The notes under the pieces are model-generated. The model had not been told where the DNA came from and searched no databases. It was given only the letters and a program-made list of their open reading frames with translations. 64,000 bases of DNA, taken from an uncultured Enterobacteriaceae bacterium. GTDB taxonomy: Bacteria; Desulfobacterota; Binatia; Bin18. The first letter of the stretch is position 1; every line of letters starts with the position of its first letter. The stretch lies in the NCBI GenBank assembly GCA_964460065.1, contig CAYWPF010000006.1, forward strand, positions 12,913 through 76,912, read 5' to 3'. Below are positions 1-11,335 of this stretch, one piece after another. Position numbers and translations under genes: made by a program.

Positions 1-1101
1 GCATTTGTTTCCTCTGTCGCAGAGGGAGCCGGAGAGAATGGCCGGTTCCTGCATTTAGGCTTAACTTCCTCTGACGTAATCGACACAGGATTTGCCGTCC
101 AACTCTGCCAAGCTACCGACGTGCTCCTTTCCGGGGTCGATGCCCTGCTAGCAATACTCAAACGGAGGGCACTAGAGAACCGGGGCACACTAATGATAGG
201 CCGCAGCCACGGTGTTCATGCTGAGCCTATAACCTTTGGCCTCAAAGTCGCCCACTGGTTTGCAGAAATAGCACGTGGAAGGGACCGCATGCGGGCAGCG
301 CGAGATGAGATCGCAGTTGGCAAGATCTCGGGTGCGGTTGGCACTTATGCCAATGTTGAGCCCGCCATAGAGGCACATATCTGCGCAAAGCTCGGGCTCC
401 AACCTGAGACAATTTCGACCCAAGTGGTGCCGCGGGATCGACATGCACTCTATTTTTCGACTATTGCCGTAATGGGAAGTTCACTTGACCGAATTGCGAC
501 GGAACTTCGGCACCTTCAACGCACCGAAGTATATGAAGTACAGGAACCTTTTGAAAAAGGGCAAAAAGGGTCCTCAGCAATGCCTCACAAAAGGAATCCC
601 TGGCAACTAGAAAACGTCAGCGGCCTTGCGCGACTCCTGAGGGGTTACGCCACCTCAGCTCTTGAAAACGTAGTGTTGTGGCACGAGCGGGACATTAGCC
701 ATTCTTCCGTCGAACGTGTGATCGGGCCTGACGCTACGAGTCTACTAGACTTCATGCTTTCTAGAATAACACGAATCATCGATCACCTGGATGTTCGCGA
801 AGAAAGAATGCTAACCAATTTGGGCTTGTTGGGGGATGCCGTTTATTCAGAGCATTTGCTTCTTGCCCTTGTCAAAAAGGGCCTCTCACGGGAGCATTCT
901 TACCGTCTCGTCCAGCGAAACGCGATGAAAGTCTGGGACGAAGAGGCTTCATTCTCCGACGAAGTCCGAGCGGATCCGGACATCAAAAGGCACCTTTCTA
1001 GCGCTGAGATTGGTCGGCTTTTCGATCCGGCGCACGCGCTCCGACACGCGGACGAAATATTTGATCGCGTTTTTCAAGACGAGAACAAGGAAATGCATTA
1101 A
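1..1101 (+). CDS. purB: Adenylosuccinate lyase, 5'-partial (the frame is open from nt 1)
   Basis: Translation contains GLTSSDV and the adenylosuccinate-lyase C-terminal region. There is no stop upstream to the window edge. purS follows 2 nt downstream. Confidence 0.9.
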   Translation, partial: AFVSSVAEGAGENGRFLHLGLTSSDVIDTGFAVQLCQATDVLLSGVDALLAILKRRALENRGTLMIGRSHGVHAEPITFGLKVAHWFAEIARGRDRMRAARDEIAVGKISGAVGTYANVEPAIEAHICAKLGLQPETISTQVVPRDRHALYFSTIAVMGSSLDRIATELRHLQRTEVYEVQEPFEKGQKGSSAMPHKRNPWQLENVSGLARLLRGYATSALENVVLWHERDISHSSVERVIGPDATSLLDFMLSRITRIIDHLDVREERMLTNLGLLGDAVYSEHLLLALVKKGLSREHSYRLVQRNAMKVWDEEASFSDEVRADPDIKRHLSSAEIGRLFDPAHALRHADEIFDRVFQDENKEMH

Positions 1102-1103
1102 CT

Positions 1104-1349
1104 ATGCTCGCAAAGGTCTATGTAACCCCAAAAAGTTCTATACTGGATCCCCAGGGAAAAGCGATAAAACAATCTCTTCATTCTCTGAACTACAAAGAAG
1201 TTTTAGGAGTTCGTATGGGGAAATATCTAGAGATAGAGCTGGCCGATATACCAAAAGCTCAAGCATTGACTCGAATGGAAGAAATGTGTGGCCGGCTTCT
1301 CGCAAACGGAATAATTGAAGATTTTCGGTTCGAAATCATTGAGGAGTAA
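1104..1349 (+). CDS. purS: Phosphoribosylformylglycinamidine synthase subunit PurS
   Basis: 81-aa protein with PurS-like sequence. Position between purB and purQ. Confidence 0.88.
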   Translation: MLAKVYVTPKSSILDPQGKAIKQSLHSLNYKEVLGVRMGKYLEIELADIPKAQALTRMEEMCGRLLANGIIEDFRFEIIEE

Positions 1350-1352
1350 AGC

Positions 1353-2036
1353 GTGGCACGGTGGGGGGTTGTTACATTTCCTGGCTCGAACGATGATAGA
1401 GACTCTACCTACTGTTTGGAAACGGTACTCGGTCAGGAGGTTAAACAACTCTGGCACAAAGACAGCCAACTGGGCGGTGTCGACGCTATCGTTTTGCCTG
1501 GAGGCTTCTCTTACGGCGACTATTTAAGGTGTGGAGCTGTAGCGCGATTTTCGCCGGTTATGGCTGCAGTCGTAAAGTTCGCAAACGAGGGCGGACCAGT
1601 TCTAGGCATGTGCAACGGGTTTCAGATTCTTTGCGAGACCGGCCTCCTGCCAGGTGCACTCGTTCGCAACCAATCACTTTCCTTCATTTGCGGGTGGGTT
1701 TCGGTTCGGGTCGAGACAAACCGGACTTCTTTCACCGCAGGCTGCAGTGTAGGGGAATGTCTAAATATACCAATCAAGCACGGCGAAGGCTGCTACGTGG
1801 CCGACCCCGGTACGATTCAAACATTAGAAACCAATGGGCAGATAGTCTTTCGCTATTCAAACAAAGAGGGGCAGGTCCTCGATTCTGCCAATCCAAATGG
1901 CTCCATGGGGAATATCGCCGGCGTGACCAACAACGCAGGGAACGTCGTAGGTCTAATGCCACACCCTGAACACGCCGTGGACAGCGTCTTGGGAAGCGAT
2001 GACGGGCGTAAACTTTTCAATTCTATTCTTCTTTAG
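1353..2036 (+). CDS. purQ: Phosphoribosylformylglycinamidine synthase glutaminase subunit PurQ
   Basis: GTG start 7 nt after a GAGGAG RBS. N-terminus VTFPGSNDD and the GMCNGFQ catalytic-Cys motif. Confidence 0.9.
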   Translation: MARWGVVTFPGSNDDRDSTYCLETVLGQEVKQLWHKDSQLGGVDAIVLPGGFSYGDYLRCGAVARFSPVMAAVVKFANEGGPVLGMCNGFQILCETGLLPGALVRNQSLSFICGWVSVRVETNRTSFTAGCSVGECLNIPIKHGEGCYVADPGTIQTLETNGQIVFRYSNKEGQVLDSANPNGSMGNIAGVTNNAGNVVGLMPHPEHAVDSVLGSDDGRKLFNSILL

Positions 2037-2060
2037 AAGATGTAATGCTCCAACAACCAC

Positions 2061-4274
2061 ATGATTGATCTACAAATGGCAATTGACCACGGGTTGTCAG
2101 AGAATGAATATCATCTGATCCTGAAAGTGCTTAATCGACCGCCAACCCTCGAGGAGTTGGGAGTCTTCTCCGTAATGTGGTCCGAGCATTGCAGTTATAA
2201 GAGTTCACGGCGGTTTCTACGGCATCTTCCAACCGACGGCGAGCGGGTCCTTCAAGGACCGGGAGAAAATGCGGGCATCATTGAGATTGGAGACGGGATT
2301 GCCGCTGTCTTTAAAATCGAAAGTCATAACCACCCATCCTTCATAGAGCCCTACCATGGCGCCGCGACCGGTGTAGGAGGAATATTGCGCGACGTTTTTA
2401 CCATGGGAGCTCGACCCGTAGCCCTGTTAAATTCCCTTCGCTTTGGGTCTGCCACCCACCCGCGAACGGCAGAACTGATCAAGGGCGTCGTCGCGGGTAT
2501 TGGCGGATACGGGAACAGCGTAGGAGTCCCCACGGTTGGTGGCGAAGTCTATTTCCATGAGGGATACAATGGAAATATTCTAGTAAACGCCTTTGCCTTG
2601 GGTCTCGTTCAAAAAGACAAGATCTTTAAGGCGACAGCCGCGGGAGTAGGTAACCCTGTTATCTACGTGGGGTCTCTGACGGGAAAAGACGGTATACATG
2701 GTGCAAGTCTTTTAGCGTCGAGAGAGTTCGACGAAAAATCCGAAGATTTGAGGCCGGCAGTACAGGTTGGCGACCCCTTCACTGAAAATGTATTGATAGA
2801 GGCTTGCCTCGAACTAATGCAGGACGATCTGATAATCGGAATCCAGGACATGGGCGCCGCGGGTTTGACCAGTTCTTCAGTGGAAATGGCTGACCGCGGG
2901 AAAGTTGGTATCGAATTGGACCTCGATACTGTACCTGTACGCGAAAAACACATCTCGGCCTACGAAATGCTTCTATCTGAATCACAAGAACGGATGCTGA
3001 TCGTTGCAAAGGAAGGAAAAGCAGAAGCGGTCAAAGCAGTTTTTAAGAAATGGGATTTGCAAGCGGCAATTGTTGGAAAAGTCACCGACAAGCCGTTTTT
3101 CACGGTAAAATCGAACGGAAGCGAAGTGGTGAACATCCCAGTTCCTGCCTTGACTTCGGACGCCCCACGCTACGAACGACCACTCGCGGAGCCCCTTGAT
3201 ATTAAAATCAACAGGCAAGTAAACACGTTGCGGTTTCCAGTGCCCCACGACCATCTAGACATACTTACGAAACTGGTGACGAGCCCGAACTTAGCAAGCA
3301 AGCAGTGGGTGTACCGACAGTATGACAGCTTCGTCGGATCGAACACGATTGTCGGGCCCGGTTCGGATGCAGCCATACTCCGGTTGAAGGAATCTGACAA
3401 GGCGGTCGCAATTAGTGTCGATTGTAATAGTCGTTATTGTTCACTAGACCCATACCAAGGTGCCGCTATAGCCGTGGCAGAAAGCTCTCGCAACCTTGCA
3501 GTTAGTGGCGCCACAGCAATTGCGCTTTCCGATTGCCTAAATTTTGGCAACCCTGAAAAGCCGGAAGTAATGTGGCAATTCGCGCAAACAATCGATGGCA
3601 TGCGCGCCGCTTGTAAGGCGCTCGACGTCGCCGTAGTCAGTGGAAACGTAAGCTTCTATAATGAAACCGACGGTGCCGGAATACCGCCCACTCCTACGAT
3701 CGCAATGGTCGGTATCTTAGACCACATCGGGAAACGGGTCACGCAGTGGTTTAAAGAGCCAGGCGATCTAGTCATCTTGCTCGGAACAACACTCGAAGAA
3801 CTAGGAGCTAGCGAATACCTGGCTCAAATACATGGAGAAGAACGTGGCCAGCCTCCCACTTTAGACCTAAAAAAAGAACTGCGATTGCAGCAGCTCTGTC
3901 GCCGTGCTGCTGAAGCTGAACTGCTTGCATCAAGCCACGACGTGGCCGAAGGAGGCCTTGCTGTCTCTCTCGCCGAATGCTGTATGAGCAACCCAAGTAC
4001 TCCTATCGGTGCACGGGTTGAGTTGAAAGAACCCATACGGCCAGACGCACTTCTGTTCGGGGAAAGTCAGTCAAGGGTGATAGTATCGGTATCCCCTCTG
4101 AAATGGCCTTTATTACAAGAGCTACTTCGTGAGAGCGAAGTACCTCTTTCCGTGCTGGGAAAAGTTGGGGGGTCCGCGCTTGAAATATTTGATTATTTGA
4201 AGGTCGACGTAGCTTCCCTAACTCGAACGTGGCAAGGTGCACTCGCACGAACCTTGTCTGGCAAGGGGAAATAA
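2061..4274 (+). CDS. purL: Phosphoribosylformylglycinamidine synthase subunit PurL
   Basis: 737 aa with an AIR-synthase-related fold repeated twice, typical of small PurL. In the purSQL order. Confidence 0.92.
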   Translation: MIDLQMAIDHGLSENEYHLILKVLNRPPTLEELGVFSVMWSEHCSYKSSRRFLRHLPTDGERVLQGPGENAGIIEIGDGIAAVFKIESHNHPSFIEPYHGAATGVGGILRDVFTMGARPVALLNSLRFGSATHPRTAELIKGVVAGIGGYGNSVGVPTVGGEVYFHEGYNGNILVNAFALGLVQKDKIFKATAAGVGNPVIYVGSLTGKDGIHGASLLASREFDEKSEDLRPAVQVGDPFTENVLIEACLELMQDDLIIGIQDMGAAGLTSSSVEMADRGKVGIELDLDTVPVREKHISAYEMLLSESQERMLIVAKEGKAEAVKAVFKKWDLQAAIVGKVTDKPFFTVKSNGSEVVNIPVPALTSDAPRYERPLAEPLDIKINRQVNTLRFPVPHDHLDILTKLVTSPNLASKQWVYRQYDSFVGSNTIVGPGSDAAILRLKESDKAVAISVDCNSRYCSLDPYQGAAIAVAESSRNLAVSGATAIALSDCLNFGNPEKPEVMWQFAQTIDGMRAACKALDVAVVSGNVSFYNETDGAGIPPTPTIAMVGILDHIGKRVTQWFKEPGDLVILLGTTLEELGASEYLAQIHGEERGQPPTLDLKKELRLQQLCRRAAEAELLASSHDVAEGGLAVSLAECCMSNPSTPIGARVELKEPIRPDALLFGESQSRVIVSVSPLKWPLLQELLRESEVPLSVLGKVGGSALEIFDYLKVDVASLTRTWQGALARTLSGKGK

Positions 4275-4275
4275 C

Positions 4276-5739
4276 GTGAGGCAACATTTCAGCCATCGGT
4301 TCCAGGACGGCTTTCGGGAAGAGTGCGGGGTCGTCGGCGTTTATGGACACCCTGAGGCGGCTAACCTTACCTATCTTTCACTATATGCACTGCAACACAG
4401 AGGCCAAGAATCCGCGGGTATTACCTCCTCGAACGGCCAAACCCTGTTAACCCATAAGGGGCTGGGCCTTGTCGCTGACATTTTCGATGAGAAATTAATA
4501 CGCCGGCTGGAGGGATCGAGTGCGATCGGGCACAACCGCTATTCAACCTCAGGATCAACCCTTATCAAAAACAGCCAACCCTTGCTGGCCAAATACACTC
4601 ATGGTTCGCTGGCTATTGCACACAATGGAAATTTAATTAACGCGGAAGAACTCCGAGACAGGCTGGAAACGGGTGGGTCAATCTTCCAATCGGGGGTCGA
4701 CACAGAGGTGATACTACACCTGATAGCCGCTTCCAGCGCAGCGACGCCGGTGGATCGTATCGTCCACGCTCTATCGCAGGTAAGAGGCGCCTATTCGTTG
4801 GTCTTTCTAAGCGAGGATCATATGGTCGCAGCACGTGACCCCTATGGTTTCCGTCCGTTGGTGCTAGGACGCATTAAAGGCTCCGAACACGCCGGCTACG
4901 TGGTTTCATCCGAGACGTGCGCGTTAGATCTCATAGGCGCTACCTACGAAAGAGAAGTAGCTCCTGGTGAAATTTTGCTCTTCGATTCCTCCGGGTTAAA
5001 GAGCTTTTCCCCTTTCCGAGGTGAAAACGAAAAGGTAGCTCAGTGTATCTTCGAACACGTCTATTTTGCACGACCAGACAGTACCGTCTTCGGGAAAAAC
5101 GTCTACCAAGCCCGAAAGTCTTTTGGCCGACAGCTCGCGCAAGAGGCACCGGTAGACGCGGAAGTGGTCATTCCCGTGCCTGACTCCGGCGTACCGGCCG
5201 CGTTGGGCTACGCAGAACAAACCGGCCTCCCTTTCGAAATGGGATTAATCAGAAACCATTATGTCGGACGGACCTTTATTGAGCCCCGATCCTCTATCCG
5301 CGACTTTGGCGTAAAGGTCAAGCTGAACGCCCAGGCCGACTTGCTCAAAGGAAAACGCGTTGTTGTTGTGGACGATTCAATAGTTAGAGGCACCACTAGT
5401 CGTAAAATCGTTAAAATGATCCGATCTGCAGGTGCAAAGGAGATCCACTTGCGGATAAGTGCCCCGCCTACCATCGCTCCATGTTTCTACGGCGTGGATA
5501 CTCCGACACGTACCGAGTTAATTGCCTCTTCCCATTCTGTCGAAGAAATTAGACGCTACGTCACAGCAGACACACTAGCTTACCTCAGCGAGGCCGGTAT
5601 GTACTCAGGGCTCAGGGCGGAAAAAACACAGTTTTGTGACGCGTGCTTTACGAATCGTTACCCCTTACCCCTTGGCGATCGTCCCAAAGGAAGTCAATTG
5701 GCGCTATTTGACGAGAAGCTTCCGAAAAATCGACAATAG
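4276..5739 (+). CDS. purF: Amidophosphoribosyltransferase (Ntn-type, with a propeptide before the catalytic Cys)
   Basis: ECGVVGV catalytic Cys, PRPP-binding [13 protein letters not shown], and C-terminal Cys ligands. GTG at 4276 lies 6 nt after an AAGGGGA RBS. The ORF-track start at 4237 would overlap purL. Confidence 0.87.
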   Translation: MRQHFSHRFQDGFREECGVVGVYGHPEAANLTYLSLYALQHRGQESAGITSSNGQTLLTHKGLGLVADIFDEKLIRRLEGSSAIGHNRYSTSGSTLIKNSQPLLAKYTHGSLAIAHNGNLINAEELRDRLETGGSIFQSGVDTEVILHLIAASSAATPVDRIVHALSQVRGAYSLVFLSEDHMVAARDPYGFRPLVLGRIKGSEHAGYVVSSETCALDLIGATYEREVAPGEILLFDSSGLKSFSPFRGENEKVAQCIFEHVYFARPDSTVFGKNVYQARKSFGRQLAQEAPVDAEVVIPVPDSGVPAALGYAEQTGLPFEMGLIRNHYVGRTFIEPRSSIRDFGVKVKLNAQADLLKGKRVVVVDDSIVRGTTSRKIVKMIRSAGAKEIHLRISAPPTIAPCFYGVDTPTRTELIASSHSVEEIRRYVTADTLAYLSEAGMYSGLRAEKTQFCDACFTNRYPLPLGDRPKGSQLALFDEKLPKNRQ

Positions 5740-5884
5740 TGTTCTTGGCCAACTCGGGACTGCCGCCGTCGGGATAGTCCTGACTGGTGTGTAAGCCTCG
5801 TGTTTCCTTGCGGACGCTTGCACACTCGATGATTAAGTGGGATACGGTTACGAGGTTCCTTAGTTCCACTAAAACAGCGGTCAC

Positions 5885-7309
5885 CTAATATTTCCAGTAG
5901 TAATCCCTAATCTCCTCTCTAATGATATCCAGCCTTCGTTTCGCACGCTCTAGTCCTGCATCACTTCGAATTACGCCCACATAATCCCACATCAGGCGTC
6001 TGACCTCTTCCCACGTATGCGTCAGTACGATCCGCTCATTGCTTCTGACAGCAGTCCCCGGGTTCCAGTCAGGGAAGGACGGTCGGTAATCATTTGACTC
6101 CACGAGAATCGCCTCTGCACTCTCCGCAGCCCGGTGCGCAAACACCAAGGCTTCCAAAAGAGAATTGGACGCGAGCCGATTGGCGCCATGAACACCCGTC
6201 ATTGCCACCTCTCCTACGGCAAATAACCTCCGTACTTTTGTTCTTCCATGAAGATCCGTCACGACGCCTCCGCACATGTAGTGAGCCGCCGGTACCACAG
6301 GGATCGCCTGTTTCGTCAAATCGACGCCAAATTTCTGACAACGGCTAAAAATGGTAGGGAATCTCCTCCTCAGGTAGCCTGCATCCAGATGGCTGATGTC
6401 CAATTCCACATGGGACAATCTATTCTGTTTCATTTCACAATCTATAGCGCGTGCGACTATGTCCCTAGGGGCAAGGTCGGCAAGAGGGTGATACCGTTGC
6501 ATAAAGCGATCTCCTCCGGGACGCTTCAGTATCCCCCCTTCCCCCCTTAACGCTTCCGAGATCAAAAACGATTTCGCGTCGGGATGAAAAAGACATGTAG
6601 GATGGAACTGAAAGAATTCCATGTTCGCAATCGGTACGCCGGCCCTGAAGGCCATCGCAACGCCGTCGCCCGTAGCTACGTCCGGATTACTGGTGTACAA
6701 ATAGACCTTGCCCGCACCGCCGGTGCACAGAGCGGTGATACGCGCGCGAATAGTTTTTATTTCTCCGGTATTTTGGTCCAGAACGTAGGCTCCCCAGCAG
6801 TCTTGCTCACCTCCCCGCGAAGACACCAATAGATCGATCGCGGTATGCTTTTCCAAAAACGTCACGTTTGCTTGAAGCCGAGCGGCCTGCAATAATGCCC
6901 GAATTATCTCTTGTCCTGTCGCATCGGCTGCATGCAAAATTCGCCTATGTGAATGGCCTCCCTCGAGTCCGAGGTCATAATCTTCCCCTACGCTAGTTCC
7001 TTCTCTGGAAAATTCCGTTCCCGCCAAAATCAATTCCCTTACCCGTTGCGGCCCTTCGCGCACTACTGTTTCTACGGCCGGTAAATTGCAGAGCCCCGCA
7101 CCTGCAGCAAGCGTGTCCTGCACGTGCGATTCGAAGGAATCCTCAGCACTCCATACTGACGCTATCCCCCCCTGGGCGTAGGCACTATTACTCTCAGGCA
7201 AAACATCCTTTGCTAGAATCGCTACAGTACGCTCGGGCGATACCTTGAGACCCATACTCAACCCAGCAATACCATTCCCCACTATTAAATAATCAAATTC
7301 CATATACAC
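5885..7309 (-). CDS. nadB: L-aspartate oxidase
   Basis: N-terminal FAD-binding DYLIVGNGIAGLS. Fumarate-reductase/succinate-dehydrogenase flavoprotein-like. GTG start. Confidence 0.85.
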   Translation of the reverse strand: MYMEFDYLIVGNGIAGLSMGLKVSPERTVAILAKDVLPESNSAYAQGGIASVWSAEDSFESHVQDTLAAGAGLCNLPAVETVVREGPQRVRELILAGTEFSREGTSVGEDYDLGLEGGHSHRRILHAADATGQEIIRALLQAARLQANVTFLEKHTAIDLLVSSRGGEQDCWGAYVLDQNTGEIKTIRARITALCTGGAGKVYLYTSNPDVATGDGVAMAFRAGVPIANMEFFQFHPTCLFHPDAKSFLISEALRGEGGILKRPGGDRFMQRYHPLADLAPRDIVARAIDCEMKQNRLSHVELDISHLDAGYLRRRFPTIFSRCQKFGVDLTKQAIPVVPAAHYMCGGVVTDLHGRTKVRRLFAVGEVAMTGVHGANRLASNSLLEALVFAHRAAESAEAILVESNDYRPSFPDWNPGTAVRSNERIVLTHTWEEVRRLMWDYVGVIRSDAGLERAKRRLDIIREEIRDYYWKY

Positions 7310-7773
7310 ATACCCATCATGCTTCGCTTAGACGGAGAACAAACATACTGCACCAAACGCACGTAGACGAGTGGGGCAGCCCAACTCTTGCTAATGCAAA
7401 AATCCTGCGAACAAGTGCCTTTATGGTAAGCACTGATCTCGAACAATCTGGGCGTGACGCTGCAATCGGTACTTTAGCCCGCTTAGTGTTATTCGCCAAT
7501 CTGATTTTGACACCTTAAGAAGAGGGGCAGTTATTGACACGGCTTCTTTAGGTTGCAGACCCTGTCGTCCCGGATTGCCATAATGTAGGGCGGCTGGATT
7601 GTCGCGGCCGCGGCAATATTCGAGGTAACATTCGGGGCACCCGGCCGGCACCTGCTTTTCACTGCGCCATTTTCGTGGCAATATCCGTCTTAACTATAAA
7701 AACGAATAGGGTCTTCTACGTTCTTCGAAGCTGCGAAAGTACACCCGATTGTAAATAGAGACCAATTTTTGGC

Positions 7774-8337
7774 ATGCCTGGGCTTCCAAACATATTAAGT
7801 TTCGTTCGAATAGCTGCTATCCCATTTCTCGTCTACTACCTTTCGACGGACGGACCCTCTCACGCGCCGATAGCTTTATGCATTTTTTTTATCGCGAGCC
7901 TCACCGATTATCTCGATGGTTATTTCGCTCGGAAGCAGGGAGAAACTACAATTTTGGGAACGTTCCTCGATCCTCTAGCAGACAAACTCCTCGTGATGGC
8001 AGTTTTAATCACGCTCGCCGGCGGCGATTCTGCTTCTCCGCTCCCGGCCTGGATGGTCGTTTTGATCGTGGGGCGGGAGATGGCGGTCACTGGACTACGA
8101 GGCGTTGCCGCTAGCGAGGGGCTCATTCTACCTGCGGATCGATTGGGGAAGCTTAAAACGCTTTTGCAACTTCTAGCACTACATGCGCTAATTCTAGGTG
8201 ACCATTTCTACTTTTTTAATTTTCGCCCGTTAGGGCTATACGTACTGTGGCTTGCACTTGTGCTCGGGCTCTGGTCAGGAGCCAGTTATTATCTGAAAGT
8301 TGCAGGCCACCTGAGAAGCGCACACTTAACGAGATAA
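7774..8337 (+). CDS. pgsA: CDP-diacylglycerol--glycerol-3-phosphate 3-phosphatidyltransferase
   Basis: CDP-alcohol phosphatidyltransferase motif DGYFARKQGETTILGTFLDPLADKLL. Polytopic membrane protein. Confidence 0.8.
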   Translation: MPGLPNILSFVRIAAIPFLVYYLSTDGPSHAPIALCIFFIASLTDYLDGYFARKQGETTILGTFLDPLADKLLVMAVLITLAGGDSASPLPAWMVVLIVGREMAVTGLRGVAASEGLILPADRLGKLKTLLQLLALHALILGDHFYFFNFRPLGLYVLWLALVLGLWSGASYYLKVAGHLRSAHLTR

Positions 8338-8425
8338 CCTGGGCAATAAAAGAATCGTACAGAAGCAACTTTCCACTCCGAAGAAAATAGGACAGCCGTA
8401 ATCCGTAATTATTAAAGTGATTAGC

Positions 8426-9433
8426 ATGAAGGTACTCTTGACCGGGGCGGCCGGTTTCATCGGATTTCACGTCGGGAAATACCTCTTGAATCGAGGTGAA
8501 AGCATTGTCGGGCTCGACAACCTCAATGACTATTATGATGTCAGTCTCAAAGAGGACCGGCTTCGTCAACTGGAGGAGATCCCAGGCTTTCGTTTTGTCC
8601 GTTTAGAATTGTCCGATGAAGAGGGCATTGCGCAGGTTTTCAACGAACACAAGCCGGATCGTGTAATTCATTTGGCAGCCCAAGCCGGCGTACGACATTC
8701 CCTAAGCAACCCAAAAACGTACATTCAAAGCAATGTTCTGGGTTTTGCGAACGTCTTAGAAGGATGTCGGCACACAGAAGTTCAACACCTGACATACGCC
8801 TCGAGTAGTTCTGTCTATGGCTCCAATACCAGCATGCCGTTTTCCGTGCATAATAACACCGATCATCCGGTTTCGTTATACGCGGCATCGAAAAAGTCTA
8901 ACGAATTAATGGCACATGCATACAGCCACCTCTTCGGCTTACCAACGACGGGGCTCCGCTTTTTCACAGTTTATGGTCCCTGGGGTAGGCCAGACATGGC
9001 TCTCTTTATATTTACGAAAGCCATTTTAACAGGGCGCCCTATCAACGTTTTCAACTACGGTAGAATGCGACGCGATTTTACATACATCGACGACATCGTT
9101 GCAGGTGTCGTAAAAGTCCACGACCAAGCCGCGCAACCGAATCCCGAGTGGTCCGGTGATAGGCCCGATCCTGGCACTAGCAAAGCGCCGTTTCGCATCT
9201 ATAATATAGGCAACCATAAACCAGTGGAACTGCTCCACTTTATAGAGGTGTTAGAGAGCAGTCTAGGAAAAACGGCCAAAAAAAGAATGTTACCAATGCA
9301 ACTGGGTGATGTCCCGGCGACTTGTGCTGACATTAAGGATTTGGTTAAAGACGTCGGGTTTGCACCCTCCACTAGCATTGAAGAAGGAATCCCACTCTTC
9401 GTGGAATGGTACAGAAAATACTACTCTCTTTAA
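8426..9433 (+). CDS. NAD-dependent epimerase/dehydratase (UDP-glucuronate 4-epimerase-like)
   Basis: N-terminal GAAGFIG Rossmann motif, [18 protein letters not shown], and a YxxxK active site (YAASK). An alternative GTG start at 8417 adds 3 residues. Confidence 0.8.
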   Translation: MKVLLTGAAGFIGFHVGKYLLNRGESIVGLDNLNDYYDVSLKEDRLRQLEEIPGFRFVRLELSDEEGIAQVFNEHKPDRVIHLAAQAGVRHSLSNPKTYIQSNVLGFANVLEGCRHTEVQHLTYASSSSVYGSNTSMPFSVHNNTDHPVSLYAASKKSNELMAHAYSHLFGLPTTGLRFFTVYGPWGRPDMALFIFTKAILTGRPINVFNYGRMRRDFTYIDDIVAGVVKVHDQAAQPNPEWSGDRPDPGTSKAPFRIYNIGNHKPVELLHFIEVLESSLGKTAKKRMLPMQLGDVPATCADIKDLVKDVGFAPSTSIEEGIPLFVEWYRKYYSL

Positions 9434-9457
9434 AGATACGACGCTTCGCCATATTGT

Positions 9458-9727
9458 CTAATTCTCGCCCGGCGCCAACGTTGTCATAGACAATGCATGG
9501 ATACTCCCCGACATTTCGTCAGTCATCAAAGCATCATAGACTAGTCTATGCCTTTGCAGCGGGGTTTTACCCAAAAACAAAGGCGAAACGACGGTTATGC
9601 GAAAGTGGCCACCGCCTTCTGAAGCTCCCTTGTGGCCCGCATGTAATGCGGATTCGTCCCCAACCTCTACTTCCGTTGCCATAAGGTCGCTAAAAAGTTT
9701 CTCCTCAATACACCGTGCCACGTTCAT
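9458..9727 (-). CDS. BolA family protein
   Basis: 89 aa with a BolA-like HAGH...GGHF...RHRLVY pattern. Confidence 0.7.
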   Translation of the reverse strand: MNVARCIEEKLFSDLMATEVEVGDESALHAGHKGASEGGGHFRITVVSPLFLGKTPLQRHRLVYDALMTDEMSGSIHALSMTTLAPGEN

Positions 9728-10533
9728 GATCGTTCTTGCGTAGAAGGAAACCGCGGTGCCCGACGCTCTTTTACAGAATCAAGCCCTTCCCGCACATCTT
9801 TACCAAAAAACCCAAGCATCTCTAAAGCCAGAGAATAGTCGAATGATGTATGGGCCGCGGCGCGCAGCCACTGGTTTAAAGAATGTTTCGTCCACCTTAT
9901 GGCCTGTTGAGCTCCACAGGCCAATTTCGTAGCAACCTCCATTGCCTTCGGAATCAGCTCCTCATGAGGAACAACCATACTGACAAGGCCTATACGTTCC
10001 GCTTCCTTAGCATCCAGCATATCACACGTCAGTAGATAGTATTTCGCTTTAGCCATTCCAACCAACAGGGGCCAAATCACGGCAGCGTGGTCACCGGCCG
10101 CGACACCCAAACGAGTATGTCCATCGGTAAAGCGAGCCTTGTCGGACGCTATACTGATGTCCGCCAAGAGGGCTACGGCGAGTCCCGCACCAACCGCTAC
10201 ACCGTTAATGGCCGAGATAATAGGCTTGTCGCAATTTATCATGTTGTGCACAATATCCCGTGCTTCCTGCATCGTGCGGGACACTACGTCAAGGTCGCCC
10301 ATAGATCTCTCCACCACATCAAAGTCTCCTCCGGCCGAGAATGCCCTGCCCGCTCCTGTAATGACGGCAACCCGCACATCCGGGTCGTCTGCGATATCTA
10401 ACCAGATTTTGCTGAGTTCATAATGCAATCTGAAGTTAGTAGAGTTGAGAGAGTCCGGGCGATTGATCGTTAGCGTAGCAATGCCGTCCCGCTTTTCGAT
10501 CAGAAGATGTTCGTATTTTTCTCGATAAGGCAT
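9724..10533 (-). CDS. Enoyl-CoA hydratase/isomerase (crotonase) family protein
   Basis: [15 protein letters not shown] oxyanion-hole motif. Start MPYREKY sits after an AGGAG RBS. The ORF-track N-terminal extension to 10626 is rejected. Confidence 0.78.
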   Translation of the reverse strand: MPYREKYEHLLIEKRDGIATLTINRPDSLNSTNFRLHYELSKIWLDIADDPDVRVAVITGAGRAFSAGGDFDVVERSMGDLDVVSRTMQEARDIVHNMINCDKPIISAINGVAVGAGLAVALLADISIASDKARFTDGHTRLGVAAGDHAAVIWPLLVGMAKAKYYLLTCDMLDAKEAERIGLVSMVVPHEELIPKAMEVATKLACGAQQAIRWTKHSLNQWLRAAAHTSFDYSLALEMLGFFGKDVREGLDSVKERRAPRFPSTQERS

Positions 10534-10697
10534 CTCTTTTCTCCTTCTGCAGATCCCACTATGGCCTGCCCCAAGTAACAGAGGGACTCGTCCACCTGTA
10601 GGGAAGATGGTTTCTTCCACACTCATACACCCGAGTATTCAAGGGCGGCCCATTCTACGGTAACTTCAGAGTCAACGAACCATAGAGTTGAGAGGAG

Positions 10698-10771
10698 AGC
10701 GGGTGACCGGGATCGAACCGGCGACCTTGTGCTTGGCAAGCACACGCTCTAGCCAGCTGAGCTACACCCGC
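10698..10771 (-). tRNA. tRNA-Gly (anticodon GCC); CCA not encoded
   Basis: Hand-folded cloverleaf from the reverse complement GCGGGTGTAGCTCAGCTGGCTAGAGCGTGTGCTTGCCAAGCACAAGGTCGCCGGTTCGATCCCGGTCACCCGCT: a 7-bp acceptor stem, anticodon loop TTGCCAA, and a GTTCGATCC T-loop. Confidence 0.85.
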
Positions 10772-10834
10772 GATTATCCCTGCATTAGCGGCTGACTGTA
10801 ACACACGGTTCCAACCAGTCAACTGCGAGAACCC

Positions 10835-11308
10835 TCATCTTGGTGGCTCGGTTCCCCTACTACCCGTATGTCCAAAACCACCTCCACGTTCTGTGGAATC
10901 GAGAGATTCGACTTCTTCCCATGACGCTCTCGTTACCGGACAAATAACCATCTGAGCTATCCGGTCACCATTATGTATCTGAAATATCCCACTTCCAAGG
11001 TTAACGAGGAGCACCTTGATTTCATCTCTGTAATCCGAGTCAATAGTGCCGGGCGAGTTCAGCACCGTCAGGCCATTACGTAAGGCCAGTCCGCTTCGCG
11101 GGCGAATCTGCGCCTCATAGTTCTCGGGCAAGGCAATGGCTAGACCCGTCGGAATCAATGCTCGCCCAGACGGCTCTAGCACCTCGGTGCGCGCGATGCT
11201 CGCTGCAATGTCCATACCAACGGAACCTGGCGTCATGTACCTCGGCAGCTGTACATTAGGATCACCAGAACGAAGCTTCGTGATGGGAACGACCACACGC
11301 TCTATCAA
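10835..11308 (-). CDS. dut: dUTP diphosphatase
   Basis: dUTPase motifs ([31 protein letters not shown]). Confidence 0.88.
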   Translation of the reverse strand: MIERVVVPITKLRSGDPNVQLPRYMTPGSVGMDIAASIARTEVLEPSGRALIPTGLAIALPENYEAQIRPRSGLALRNGLTVLNSPGTIDSDYRDEIKVLLVNLGSGIFQIHNGDRIAQMVICPVTRASWEEVESLDSTERGGGFGHTGSRGTEPPR

Positions 11309-11335
11309 ACTCTATTCACTTCCCGGTAATATTTT

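Noticed and set aside
4237-4275. purF starting at the ORF-track ATG (4237) overlapping purL by 38 nt
   Set aside because: A GTG at 4276 with an AAGGGGA RBS gives a non-overlapping gene with a 16-residue propeptide before the catalytic Cys. That is more plausible than a 29-residue propeptide read from inside purL.
8216-8569. 117-aa minus-strand ORF spanning the pgsA 3' end and the epimerase 5' end
   Set aside because: It overlaps two well-supported genes on the opposite strand and has no recognisable similarity.
10627-10834. tRNA-Gly as a genomic-island integration site
   Set aside because: No integrase, direct repeat of the tRNA 3' end, or foreign-looking genes flank it. Both neighbours (dut and the enoyl-CoA hydratase) are ordinary chromosomal genes.
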